This document shows, piece by piece, positions 47,739 to 57,309 of a stretch of DNA of 64,000 nt. This DNA comes from Candidatus Cloacimonadales bacterium (GTDB taxonomy: Bacteria; Cloacimonadota; Cloacimonadia; Cloacimonadales; JAIOQZ01): NCBI GenBank assembly GCA_963674825.1, contig OY771587.1, positions 2,496,001 to 2,560,000 on the forward strand, written 5' to 3'. How positions within the stretch are numbered: position 1 is the first letter of the stretch; the number at the start of each line of letters is the position of its first letter. The position numbers and the translations under genes were made by a program. The notes below the pieces were generated by a model. That model saw only the letters and a list, made by a program, of their open reading frames with translations, was not told where the DNA came from and ran no database searches.

Positions 47739-48717
47739 CTGATACGATCCAGAAGGTTGTTAACGAGATAACCACGAAGAGAATACTGCCCATTACCAGC
47801 GAACGTGCGCCGGATTTACGGATCGATGCCAGCTTCACGGATAGTCCCATCGCTGCCATCGCAATGAGGATAAACCAGCTACTTAGCTTCGACAGAATTC
47901 CCGTCAGCGCTTCCGGGAGGATGTTCAGGCTGTTCAGGACGCCTGCCAGAACGAAAAAGAGCACATAGAAGGGAAACTTGACCTTCGCCTGCGGGTCATG
48001 CGTTTCGTGGTTCTTGACGCTGAAGAACAATGCGACCGGTACCAGCATCAGCACTCTGCCCATCTTGACGATGGTTCCAAGTTCGCCAGCTCTATCTCCC
48101 CCCGCGAATGCCGCTGCCAGTGCGTGTGCCACGCCTTGAAGCGAGATGCCAGACCAGATACCGAATTGCTCAATGCTGATAAAATGCTGTGCCGCGATAA
48201 AAGAATAGGCCAGCACGCCGATTGCGCCCAGAAAGTTAACGATCGAGACAGCCACCACCGATTCTTCATCCTTTGCCTTCACGACATGTGACATCGCCAC
48301 GATTGCCGACGCGCCGCAAATCCCGGAGCCGATTCCAACAAGCAGGGGAATCTTGTCTTTGATTCGGAAGGCTTTACCCAACATATACGCCGCAAAGATT
48401 GCTGTTGGTGTGAAAATGACGATCAGCAGAATGGTCTTGAAGCCGAGGTGGAACACAGCGCTAAAATTGAGCTTGAATCCCAGAAGGATGATACCGTATT
48501 GCAGGATGTGATGTGAACTGAAACGCATTCCAAAGCTGGTCGCCTTGGGTAGCTTGAGCGTGTTGGACAGGATGATGCCCAATACGATGGCGATGGTCAC
48601 AGCCTCGAGATGCACTGTGTGTTTGATCGATTCATTGATGAAAAAAGCCGCGAGCGATACTGCCAGAACAAGCAGGAGGCCGGGCGCGTATCTTTTGATT
48701 GTGCCGGAAAATCCCAT
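47728..48717 (-). CDS. YeiH/putative sulfate exporter family membrane protein
   Basis: GSGICGASAI, IVKMGRVLML, AMAAMGL. Confidence 0.9.
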   Translation of the reverse strand: MGFSGTIKRYAPGLLLVLAVSLAAFFINESIKHTVHLEAVTIAIVLGIILSNTLKLPKATSFGMRFSSHHILQYGIILLGFKLNFSAVFHLGFKTILLIVIFTPTAIFAAYMLGKAFRIKDKIPLLVGIGSGICGASAIVAMSHVVKAKDEESVVAVSIVNFLGAIGVLAYSFIAAQHFISIEQFGIWSGISLQGVAHALAAAFAGGDRAGELGTIVKMGRVLMLVPVALFFSVKNHETHDPQAKVKFPFYVLFFVLAGVLNSLNILPEALTGILSKLSSWFILIAMAAMGLSVKLASIRKSGARSLVMGSILFVVISLTTFWIVSAIY

Positions 48718-48784
48718 GTGTTATTCCTCTCTTCTAGGATAAACGCTGCGTCATGGGAAATGTGTCAACCGGATAATCATGGAT

Positions 48785-48824
48785 AAAAGAAAACACCCGG
48801 CACGTTGAGGTACGCACCGGGTGT
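48785..48824 (-). terminator. Intrinsic terminator
   Basis: ACACCCGG..CCGGGTGT hairpin with a U-tract on the minus strand. Confidence 0.6.
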
Positions 48825-48868
48825 CAATCGGGTCAACTACACGGGAAGATTAATACTGACTTTTTTTC

Positions 48869-51800
48869 TTATTGTGTAGCGGTTACCCGGAAAAACTTCT
48901 TTGTGCTACTGGGAGATGACATGATCCAAGTTCCGGTAGTGTACCAGTAGATTTCGTATTCACCGTTCGGAGCGTCGGACCAATAGATATTGTAACCGAT
49001 CGCGCCTGGGACTGCTTCCCAGGAAATGGTGAGCATCTCCCCCGACATGGTTACCGAGATATTGGCCGGGGCAAGAAGTACGAAGCCTTCGCGTTCATCC
49101 GCACCGATACAGGATGGATCGCTGCGCAGGTCGCCGTCGATGTCGGTAGTGATTTCCGTGATGGCTACGCCAGCGCCAATGGCCGGTGACGTATCGAGCA
49201 GATGCAGCATGTCAGCTACATCATAAAGCGGATCCGCGTTTATTGCTCCGGTCTCACCGGTTGCTGTGGTCCAGTCTGCAAGCGTGTTGTACCATGTGTA
49301 GGTGGCATCGTTATCAAAGTGAAGCGCGATGACGTTGTTGTCTGCGTTCGCGGTATAGTACAGGTTGTTCGAAATTTCGCTGAACGGCGGAGTATAGGTA
49401 CCTGTACTCCGGATATAGACAGCAGTTGCGTAAGTTTCGAGGTCATTACCAGTGCGCTCGCCGAGTCGGTTGTCGAAGATATTATTTTTCATGGTTATTC
49501 CCGTAGGGCAGATACCGCTGCTGTTATCGAGCATGATACCGGTACTGTATGTAAAGTCGCTGTCGTAACTCCCCATGCCATAGGTGTCGTCGTAGGGGAG
49601 ATAGACGGTATTGTAACATACCGAGATGCCACCAACCGAGTCACCATTGAGGCGGATACCGGCAGGTGTATAAGTCGGATGGTCACAGTCGCCGCCGAAA
49701 TGCCAGATCATGTTGTTGTGGATGTTGATATTCGGGTTTGATCCGGTAAGATTGCTGACGAAGATACCGCTTGAAGCCATACCGAATGAGCCGGAATAGA
49801 GTACATCATGGATTTTATTCGAGGTTACATCGACGTTGGTGACGTAGTAGAGGTCAACGCCACGCGGCGCCCATGAATCGGAGAGTGAACCGCCGATATT
49901 GTTACCAGTGATTGTCAGGTTGTTCTGGTAGCGTACGTAGATGGGCTCGACCAGGAAGAATTCATCTGTATTGTCGCTTCCGATACGGCTGTTCTGAATC
50001 GTGATATTCTCACAGTAGTCCAGGGAACTGCCGCTGATGTAGATACCGTAACCACAGGAATGGATATTGACGTTATCAATGAGCAGCTCATCGATTCCAC
50101 CGTTGCTGTTATAGATACCGTAAGCACTCGTATTGATAGACTCGTTCTGGATAAAGAAGTTACAGTTTCTGATGACGGTGTTGGATGTTCCGTCCTTGAT
50201 TTCGAGGCATCTTGCGCGGTAATAAATTGGTGCGAAGGTGAGCTCCATATTGTCTCCACCATCGATCACCACGTTATCGACATCGTCGATTGCGATCAGA
50301 GATCCGGAGAAATCACCTGTGATTGTTACAGGGTTACCTGGAACCGGGCAGATTGTGATTGTGTAACCACCCTCGCCATATTCATCGAGTGTGTCGAGCT
50401 CCGCATTATCTGGTTCTTCAATGTCACCGGTGATCCAGATGGTTGCGTCACCGCTGATACCACGCGACTCAGCATATGCGAAGAAATCGTAGAGTGATGT
50501 GTAAGCCTCGGTAGGCCCTACGTAGTAATCACCCGCAAGTGGTACAACGATTGAGTAGGTCGCGCTGAAGCCTGGTGCGGTTACTGGCGCTTCAACAGTA
50601 CCTGCCAAGCCTTCCGGCTTCGAAGCCACGTTGGGTGATCCCGGTTTATCATCCTGTGCGACGACGAAATACTGCACTACGTCGCTGTCTGTAAGCCCGT
50701 CATAGATGAGGCTGACATCCAGATCGAAATTCCACTCGCTGCCTGTATATGAGCCCTCTGCGTACTTCCATCCATCGAAAGTGGCAACATTGTCGTCCGG
50801 GTAGGTGCCGAATGCATCTGCATTCGAGCTTTTCTTGTAGTACATGCGTGGTGTGACGCTCATGCTGACCGCTTCTGTGATGGTTGCGTTCAGCGTGCGG
50901 CTGTCCGTGCTATATGGAGATGAAAGATAACTATAGCTGATCGCCGGAGCGGTGGTGTCGTCAGCAAGCCGCGAACCTTCCGGATCTGGCGTTGTGAGCG
51001 TGGTTGTATCGCCGGGTATATCAATTGCTGTAGCGATGGCATCGGCTGTCATGTCCAGATAGTTGTAGTCGCCTGGGATATCGTATGCAAGCCAGAAGTA
51101 ATTGCTGCCATCGGCGAGTTCCTGTGCGAAGGTAAAGGCCATGCTTTGTCCGGTTGTGGTGAATACAACCGCGTCACCAAGTTCGTTGGATGACGAGAAG
51201 GAGCTCGATGATCCGGTGAAATATACGTGCGCGGTGCCATGGGTCAGGGTGCCGCTGTTGGTGAAAGTCAAGCCGTTCACGCTGTAGGGGCTACCTGAGT
51301 TGGTCGTATTTACATCGATGCGCAGGATTTGCTGGTTAACGCTTCCCAGTTCAACGCCATTCGAACTGGCTTGCGTTACAACGGCGGAGTTGATGACCTG
51401 ATTCGCCGGGTTGTATGCAAGCCGGTAAACAAGGCCATTATAGAAGTATCCGGCTTCGCTTGCGCCGATTTCGTTATTGTCAACGGTCGTGCTGGCGGTT
51501 GCTGGATCGCCGGGTGTGATGCTTACAAACTGTGTTTCGCCGTTCTGGCGCATGTTCATGCCGACCGAAGCGCTGGCGGTTCCGCCCGGCGCCGTACCGA
51601 ATGTTCCGTAATGGAATTCGATATCGTTGGTCGTCTCGTAGAGCCATATCTGGTAATTCACGACGTTGATCGGATCCATGCTTTTATACCAGTACATATT
51701 GTAGAACTGGACTTTGAGGATGCGATTCGGAGCGCTACCTTCAACTGTATAGCTGATGGAGCCGGTGTCGTATCCGACGCGCTGATAGTCCCACAGTGCA

Positions 51801-52102
51801 CAGACAAGCGGGTAATAGAAATTGCTGGAAAGGTCGTTGCTTCGTGTACTCGTCGTGCCGTCACCGATGACCAGAAAACCGTTTGAGCAGGCACCAAACT
51901 GTGTGAAGACCTCGCCATTGTAGGTGAAATCGAATCCGATATCGATACCGGATGCCGTTTCGTTTGTTTCACTCTCTGCGACGAGTTCGACGCCGGTGAT
52001 TTCGGTATAAGTTGAAGAATCTACTGAGAATACGTAGTCTGTGGATGAAGCCCACGCACTGAACGTGAGCGAGAGAAGAAGAACCACGATAATGTTCCGC
52101 AT
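48869..52102 (-). CDS. Large secreted protein with beta-helix repeats and FN3-like C-terminus
   Basis: AGGAGG RBS; signal peptide; IGFDFTYNG, SPAIGAG..DIDGD.R....IGADE. Confidence 0.85.
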   Translation of the reverse strand: MRNIIVVLLLSLTFSAWASSTDYVFSVDSSTYTEITGVELVAESETNETASGIDIGFDFTYNGEVFTQFGACSNGFLVIGDGTTSTRSNDLSSNFYYPLVCALWDYQRVGYDTGSISYTVEGSAPNRILKVQFYNMYWYKSMDPINVVNYQIWLYETTNDIEFHYGTFGTAPGGTASASVGMNMRQNGETQFVSITPGDPATASTTVDNNEIGASEAGYFYNGLVYRLAYNPANQVINSAVVTQASSNGVELGSVNQQILRIDVNTTNSGSPYSVNGLTFTNSGTLTHGTAHVYFTGSSSSFSSSNELGDAVVFTTTGQSMAFTFAQELADGSNYFWLAYDIPGDYNYLDMTADAIATAIDIPGDTTTLTTPDPEGSRLADDTTAPAISYSYLSSPYSTDSRTLNATITEAVSMSVTPRMYYKKSSNADAFGTYPDDNVATFDGWKYAEGSYTGSEWNFDLDVSLIYDGLTDSDVVQYFVVAQDDKPGSPNVASKPEGLAGTVEAPVTAPGFSATYSIVVPLAGDYYVGPTEAYTSLYDFFAYAESRGISGDATIWITGDIEEPDNAELDTLDEYGEGGYTITICPVPGNPVTITGDFSGSLIAIDDVDNVVIDGGDNMELTFAPIYYRARCLEIKDGTSNTVIRNCNFFIQNESINTSAYGIYNSNGGIDELLIDNVNIHSCGYGIYISGSSLDYCENITIQNSRIGSDNTDEFFLVEPIYVRYQNNLTITGNNIGGSLSDSWAPRGVDLYYVTNVDVTSNKIHDVLYSGSFGMASSGIFVSNLTGSNPNINIHNNMIWHFGGDCDHPTYTPAGIRLNGDSVGGISVCYNTVYLPYDDTYGMGSYDSDFTYSTGIMLDNSSGICPTGITMKNNIFDNRLGERTGNDLETYATAVYIRSTGTYTPPFSEISNNLYYTANADNNVIALHFDNDATYTWYNTLADWTTATGETGAINADPLYDVADMLHLLDTSPAIGAGVAITEITTDIDGDLRSDPSCIGADEREGFVLLAPANISVTMSGEMLTISWEAVPGAIGYNIYWSDAPNGEYEIYWYTTGTWIMSSPSSTKKFFRVTATQ

Positions 52103-52163
52103 TTTTGAGCCTCCTTGTGGAATATTATTCATGGGTCCGATTGAGCACAAGCTGGAAAATATT

Positions 52164-52380
52164 GTCAATATCTTTTTGACTACTCGATGAGAAACTGTGA
52201 AAAATACTTCTTGCATTGGCTGGGAGTAGGCGAAATGCCCTGGGGTCGATCCGAGTCATTCCGTGGTTCTATCGTGCTGTTATAAATAATATAATAAAGG
52301 TATGGTGCGCCGTTCGGGGAGCAGGCTTTCCGTGTATCGATTCCGTGCTGAATGAAATTATTGGTCAAAAAGTTCTTGAC
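52164..52380. promoter_or_regulatory. Two GTCAA-N7-TTGAC palindromic operators in the divergent intergenic region
   Basis: 52164-52180 and 52364-52380. Confidence 0.5.
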
Positions 52381-52480
52381 TGTTAGTTGGGGATATGTGA
52401 AATTGAGTCATGCATTAATCGTTGACTTGTGTGCCGACCGATGGTTTTATCGTTCTACCATCAGTCACGAAGGAGCGAAC

Positions 52481-53845
52481 ATGATTGAGAACGTTTTCAT
52501 TATCAATAAACATACGCAGATCAAAGAGCTGGGCTCGGACATCAAGTTCAGGATTCTGAACGAACTGATTCTCAACTCCGCCACCTGTCAGCAACTGGCA
52601 GATATCCTCGGTGTCAGCAAGCAGAAGGTTCACTATAATCTGAAAGGACTCTTGGGTGAGGGGCTCATCCGAATCGAAGACGACGCGCCATATAACAATA
52701 AAGAGAAGTACTATCGTGCGTGTGCCTTGAATTATGTCATCGACTTCACACTTGGGAAAAACACCGCATCCAGTCCGATGAATAGCCGCGAGCTACTCAA
52801 CGCCATCCTTAAGGAAAACTACGGAATCAACCTCGATTTCCTGGCGGTGAAGCTGCTCAACGACTGTCTCAAGCTGCGTCCGCGTGACAAGCTCCTGGTG
52901 ACTACGGGAAAATACAACATGCCTTTGGTTGAAAAGCTCCTGGTGGAAGCAGGTCGTCGGCAGATCGACCTGACGTTGATCTACCAGCATGCCGATTTCA
53001 TCAAAGCAAAGAACAGCGAATATTCACTTTCAGCGCTGACCCATGATTACGAGCGATTCAATGCGCTTCTTCAAGAGCACGACGTGTTTTTGAACCTCAA
53101 TGGTGAAGCTCGTTATATCCCGATGGAAGGCGATGAACGTATGGCGATTCGGGCGCGCGGATTCGAGAAGAGCCGTGAGATCATAGCGAAAAATGGTGTT
53201 CGCGTTGCGATCATGCCCGGCCTAATGAAAGAGACTTTGCAGGAGAGCGACATACTCTCCGAGATTCGTTTCTGGAAAGCGCTGGATATCGATTACGCCA
53301 AACTTTATCAAGCTACTGACGCTGTAGGAAGCAAACTCCAGAGTCACCGCTTTATGGAGATCAAGGAACAAGGGGCGACACTGCGGTTCGAAATCGATAA
53401 GGTTGTGTGCGAATACGGCTCCTTCGGTGATAGCCCGAGGCAAAGCCCGATCATCAATCTCCCCGGTGGCAAGGTGCTGATCCTTCCCAAGCCCGGGACA
53501 TTGACCGGAACATTCTCTTCGAAAGTAGGGCAGGCGTTTGGTGAGCATATTTTCCAGCCGCGCCTGACATTCAAGAACGACCGCGTTGTCGATTACACCG
53601 CAGATAATCCCGAGCTGATCACAAAAGCGATCGAAGCTGGTGGAAAGGATGGCGGTATGGCGGCGCTGATCTGCATCAATACCAACTACAACATGAGCGG
53701 CGGAGCGATCGACACATCGTTGCAGCATAAAGCACCTGGAATTTTGTCGATCTACTTCGGCGAGAACGTATCATTTGGCGGCACCGTGGAGGGTGAACTC
53801 GAGTGGACCGTCAATTTCGATTCTCCAGAAATTACCTTGCATTAG
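52481..53845 (+). CDS. Winged-HTH (ArsR-like) regulator fused to an inactive M29 aminopeptidase-like domain
   Basis: N-terminal RILNEL....TCQQLADILGVSKQKVHYNLKGL..KYY; C-terminal NLPGG, INTN, FGEN..GG. Confidence 0.75.
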   Translation: MIENVFIINKHTQIKELGSDIKFRILNELILNSATCQQLADILGVSKQKVHYNLKGLLGEGLIRIEDDAPYNNKEKYYRACALNYVIDFTLGKNTASSPMNSRELLNAILKENYGINLDFLAVKLLNDCLKLRPRDKLLVTTGKYNMPLVEKLLVEAGRRQIDLTLIYQHADFIKAKNSEYSLSALTHDYERFNALLQEHDVFLNLNGEARYIPMEGDERMAIRARGFEKSREIIAKNGVRVAIMPGLMKETLQESDILSEIRFWKALDIDYAKLYQATDAVGSKLQSHRFMEIKEQGATLRFEIDKVVCEYGSFGDSPRQSPIINLPGGKVLILPKPGTLTGTFSSKVGQAFGEHIFQPRLTFKNDRVVDYTADNPELITKAIEAGGKDGGMAALICINTNYNMSGGAIDTSLQHKAPGILSIYFGENVSFGGTVEGELEWTVNFDSPEITLH

Positions 53846-53863
53846 TACTAACAGGAGGCATAA

Positions 53864-56800
53864 ATGAAAAAGATGTGGTTTGCGGTTGTTATGATCGCGT
53901 TGTTGAGCACGGTTAGCGCGGAATGGGTGGTACAGGAAAACTTTGAGACAGGCGCGGTTCCCAATGGGTGGACGATCCTCGACGAGGATGGTGACGGAAA
54001 CCAGTGGTCGGTCATTGAAAACGCGGATTACGCGCATAGCGGCACTCATGCGATGTTCTGCCAGAACTACTTCCCGAACGAAAACGAAGATTGGGTCATC
54101 CTTCCTCAATTCACCGTTTCGGAAGGCGATTCGCTTCACTTCTACGCCCGATCCTGGGTGAGTTCAGAAAACTTGCAGGTTTTACTATCCAATGAAGACC
54201 CAGAGATAAACGATTTCGATTATACCTTGCTCGATACGGATGATGTGGGCAATACCTATGAACGCTACAACATTTCATTGGAAAGCTACGTTGGGCAGTC
54301 AGTCTATCTGGCATTCTATTGGGAAGCAGATACTTATGGTATTCTGATCGACGACGTACTCGTCGGCTCGCTGGATGATGTCAACCCCGAGATCGACCTG
54401 CCGGAAAGCTTCAGCTTTGTGCAGGGCGAGGAACTTGTGGTCGATTTCAGTCAGTACATCGATAACGCTCAGCCTGATGACGCCAGCCTGGCAGTTACAG
54501 GCAATACCGATATCAATGTAGTGATTGATGATTTCGACGTGACGTTCTCATCTCCTGACTGGTATGGAACTCAGACACTCACATTTACTGTGACCAACGA
54601 GAACAGCTCTGCCAGCGACGAGGTTGATGTTATCGTCGAGCAAGCCCCGGAGATTGACCTCATCGCACAGCGTATCCTCGCGCCGCAGGTGATGACCTAC
54701 CTCGAAGGAGAACTCTATCCTGCTCTATCCATCTTCAATGATGGAACTGGTACGATATCCAGTTCGTTCGACGTCAGTTGCCTCATCATCGATTCTGGTG
54801 AGGAAGTGTTCTTCGACGAAACAGCGAGCTGCACGGAATCGATCCCGGGTGGTGACTCTATTGCCTTTACCTTCCCGATCTCGTGTACGCCGGATATGGA
54901 AGGCGAATACACCATCACGTTCACAATCGACCTGGAAGATGGCGACCAAACCAACAATGTGATTACTGATGATTTCATAGTAGCCGAGCATTTCGGCGAG
55001 GGTGGGCCGGACAGCTTCAGCTACATGTGGACGGATAGCGAAACCGATGGCGGTCCGACATACAACTGGATCGATATTTCCGAGACCGGCACATCCGCGA
55101 TCATGGCGGGTGTTGATTCTTTTTCCGGTGACGATAACTTTTCCGAACCGCTCGAGTTCGGATTCGACTTCCCATTCTACGGGATCATGTACTCCTCCTT
55201 CTACGTTGACACAAATGGAGAAATGCTCCTTGGCGAAAACACCTGGTACCAGCCCTATCCGAATAACGGCTGGGGCAATGACGGAAACGTCTTCAACTGG
55301 ACGTACCCAATTCCCGGATACTCCCAGATGCCGGGTCTTATCGCCGTGTTTTGGGATGACCTGGAGGCTGACGAAGGTGTTGGTGATATCTATTACCAAA
55401 CCTTCGGCACAGCCCCGGATCGCTACTGCGTGATTCAGTGGCACGATTTCCGGTTCCACTCCGGAACCGACCTTGCTGAGTACCTCAATTTCGAGGTTGT
55501 TCTATACGAAAACGGCGATATCCTCATGCAATATCAGAATGTCACAACCTACCAGACCGGAACACAAGCGCCGCATGATTTTGGCCAAAGTTCCACAATT
55601 GCCATCCAGAATGAATCCACCGATGTGGGTCTCTGTTACCTGCGCGAACTGGTAACCGGAAGCGTCTGGCAAGGTTTCGAGCCGGAAGGAAACCTGCCAC
55701 ACGACGAGCTGGCGATCCGTTTCTACCCTTCAGAGGACATGCAAGCTCCGGTTATCACGCATGAAGCGATGGGCAATACCTTCGATTCATACATCGGCTT
55801 CGATGTAACCATCGTGGATATGAGCGCGGTCGATTCGGCTATGCTGTATTATCGCTACGGCGGTGAATGGATCTCCACATCCTACGACAGCGTTGATGGA
55901 ACCACGTACCATTTTACTACTGGAGATATCCCGCAGGGTTCGAGTGTCGAATACTATCTGGAAGCTTCAGATGAAAATGGATATACTTCGACATTACCTA
56001 ATGGTGCGCCGGATAACATCTATACCTTCAATACGCTGCCTATGCAGGATGTGACGGTGCTGCTCGCCTATTCCGGTACGCAGGACTGGCAGAACATCGA
56101 GTATCCAGTTTACATCGATATACTCGATGATCTCAACATCGATTACGACATCTACGATTGGCAGGAATACGCATCATTCAGGTTCCCGGGTCAGTATTCC
56201 AGTATCATCGTTTTCGCAAGTTCGGGTGCTCCTGGTGAAGACAGCGACACACTCTCCACAGCGCTTGTGGAATATCTCGATTCCGGAACCGAAACAGAGC
56301 CGAAGAACGTTTTCTTCGCGTCGGATGGATTCGCGTATTCTCAAAGCGGAACACCCAACTCCGATCCGCGCAAGCTGCTTCTGACTGCCTACTTCCGTAC
56401 ATCCTACATCGGGACAACGATCGGTGGCGGAACCAACGGCCTGGCCGGCCCCGACTACATCGGCTATGCAGAAGGTACGATCGTCTGTCTGGAAGATTCC
56501 CCCGTGGGAACTCAGGGTGATGAGCTCGATGTTTATGCCAATAGCCCGGATTGTATCTTCGAAAAGGACGCATGCCCTTCCTGGTACGAGGATCAGGTAC
56601 AGAATCCCGGTATTGGCTCTCATAACGCATATATTTTCGAAGATGGTCCGATCAACGGACAAGCATATCTTTATCACGGTGTCTGCGCGACATGGATCGA
56701 TAACCTCATTTATAAGGCGTTCTATTTCTCCTTCGATCTCTCGCAGGTCAGCTCGGACGAAGCGCGCATGGAAATGCTCGCCGATGCACTGGACTGGTTT

Positions 56801-57121
56801 GGAGAAGATATGGGAGAATCGGATGAAGATCTCATTCCACCCACGAATCTAACTCTGCTGCAAAACGCCCCCAATCCTTTCAATCCAGACACCGTGATTC
56901 ATTTCTCGCTGCCGCAGGACGGTAAAGTAGAGCTCAGCGTGTACAATATCAGAGGACGTAAGGTCAAGACGCTGTGTGAGGAAAATCTCACGGCCGGTAA
57001 CCACAGCGTAACCTGGAACGGTACCGACGATGATGGGAAATCCTGCTCATCTGGCGTTTACCTGTATCGAATCAACACGCCAAACGATAGCCGGACCCGC
57101 AAGATGATCCTGCTAAAGTAA
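53864..57121 (+). CDS. Secreted multidomain protein (cleaved-adhesin-like N-terminus, FlgD-Ig/T9SS C-terminal domain)
   Basis: ENFE...PNGWTILDEDGDG..W; GGPDSFSY.W; QNAPNPFNP..YNIRGRKV..SSGVYLY..KMILLK. Confidence 0.88.
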   Translation: MKKMWFAVVMIALLSTVSAEWVVQENFETGAVPNGWTILDEDGDGNQWSVIENADYAHSGTHAMFCQNYFPNENEDWVILPQFTVSEGDSLHFYARSWVSSENLQVLLSNEDPEINDFDYTLLDTDDVGNTYERYNISLESYVGQSVYLAFYWEADTYGILIDDVLVGSLDDVNPEIDLPESFSFVQGEELVVDFSQYIDNAQPDDASLAVTGNTDINVVIDDFDVTFSSPDWYGTQTLTFTVTNENSSASDEVDVIVEQAPEIDLIAQRILAPQVMTYLEGELYPALSIFNDGTGTISSSFDVSCLIIDSGEEVFFDETASCTESIPGGDSIAFTFPISCTPDMEGEYTITFTIDLEDGDQTNNVITDDFIVAEHFGEGGPDSFSYMWTDSETDGGPTYNWIDISETGTSAIMAGVDSFSGDDNFSEPLEFGFDFPFYGIMYSSFYVDTNGEMLLGENTWYQPYPNNGWGNDGNVFNWTYPIPGYSQMPGLIAVFWDDLEADEGVGDIYYQTFGTAPDRYCVIQWHDFRFHSGTDLAEYLNFEVVLYENGDILMQYQNVTTYQTGTQAPHDFGQSSTIAIQNESTDVGLCYLRELVTGSVWQGFEPEGNLPHDELAIRFYPSEDMQAPVITHEAMGNTFDSYIGFDVTIVDMSAVDSAMLYYRYGGEWISTSYDSVDGTTYHFTTGDIPQGSSVEYYLEASDENGYTSTLPNGAPDNIYTFNTLPMQDVTVLLAYSGTQDWQNIEYPVYIDILDDLNIDYDIYDWQEYASFRFPGQYSSIIVFASSGAPGEDSDTLSTALVEYLDSGTETEPKNVFFASDGFAYSQSGTPNSDPRKLLLTAYFRTSYIGTTIGGGTNGLAGPDYIGYAEGTIVCLEDSPVGTQGDELDVYANSPDCIFEKDACPSWYEDQVQNPGIGSHNAYIFEDGPINGQAYLYHGVCATWIDNLIYKAFYFSFDLSQVSSDEARMEMLADALDWFGEDMGESDEDLIPPTNLTLLQNAPNPFNPDTVIHFSLPQDGKVELSVYNIRGRKVKTLCEENLTAGNHSVTWNGTDDDGKSCSSGVYLYRINTPNDSRTRKMILLK

Positions 57122-57222
57122 TTTCGGCTTTGGCGAAGCCAAAACGAAATCATGAGCGATGTGAGTTCGCGTAGCGAATTCATGTTAGTGGATCGTCGGC
57201 TTTGGCTTTGCCAAAACGAAAT
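57121..57222. repeat. Composite hairpin element (two 27-bp direct repeats flanking a third hairpin)
   Basis: TCGGCTTTGGC-nnn-GCCAAAACGAAAT at 57124 and 57196; hairpin 57159-57185. Confidence 0.7.
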
Positions 57223-57309
57223 GGCATATAAAAAACTATTTGACTGAACACAATCGAAAGAGTAAGCTTGGCTTACTCTTTCTTTATATTCAGGAGGTTT
57301 TATGCGAAA

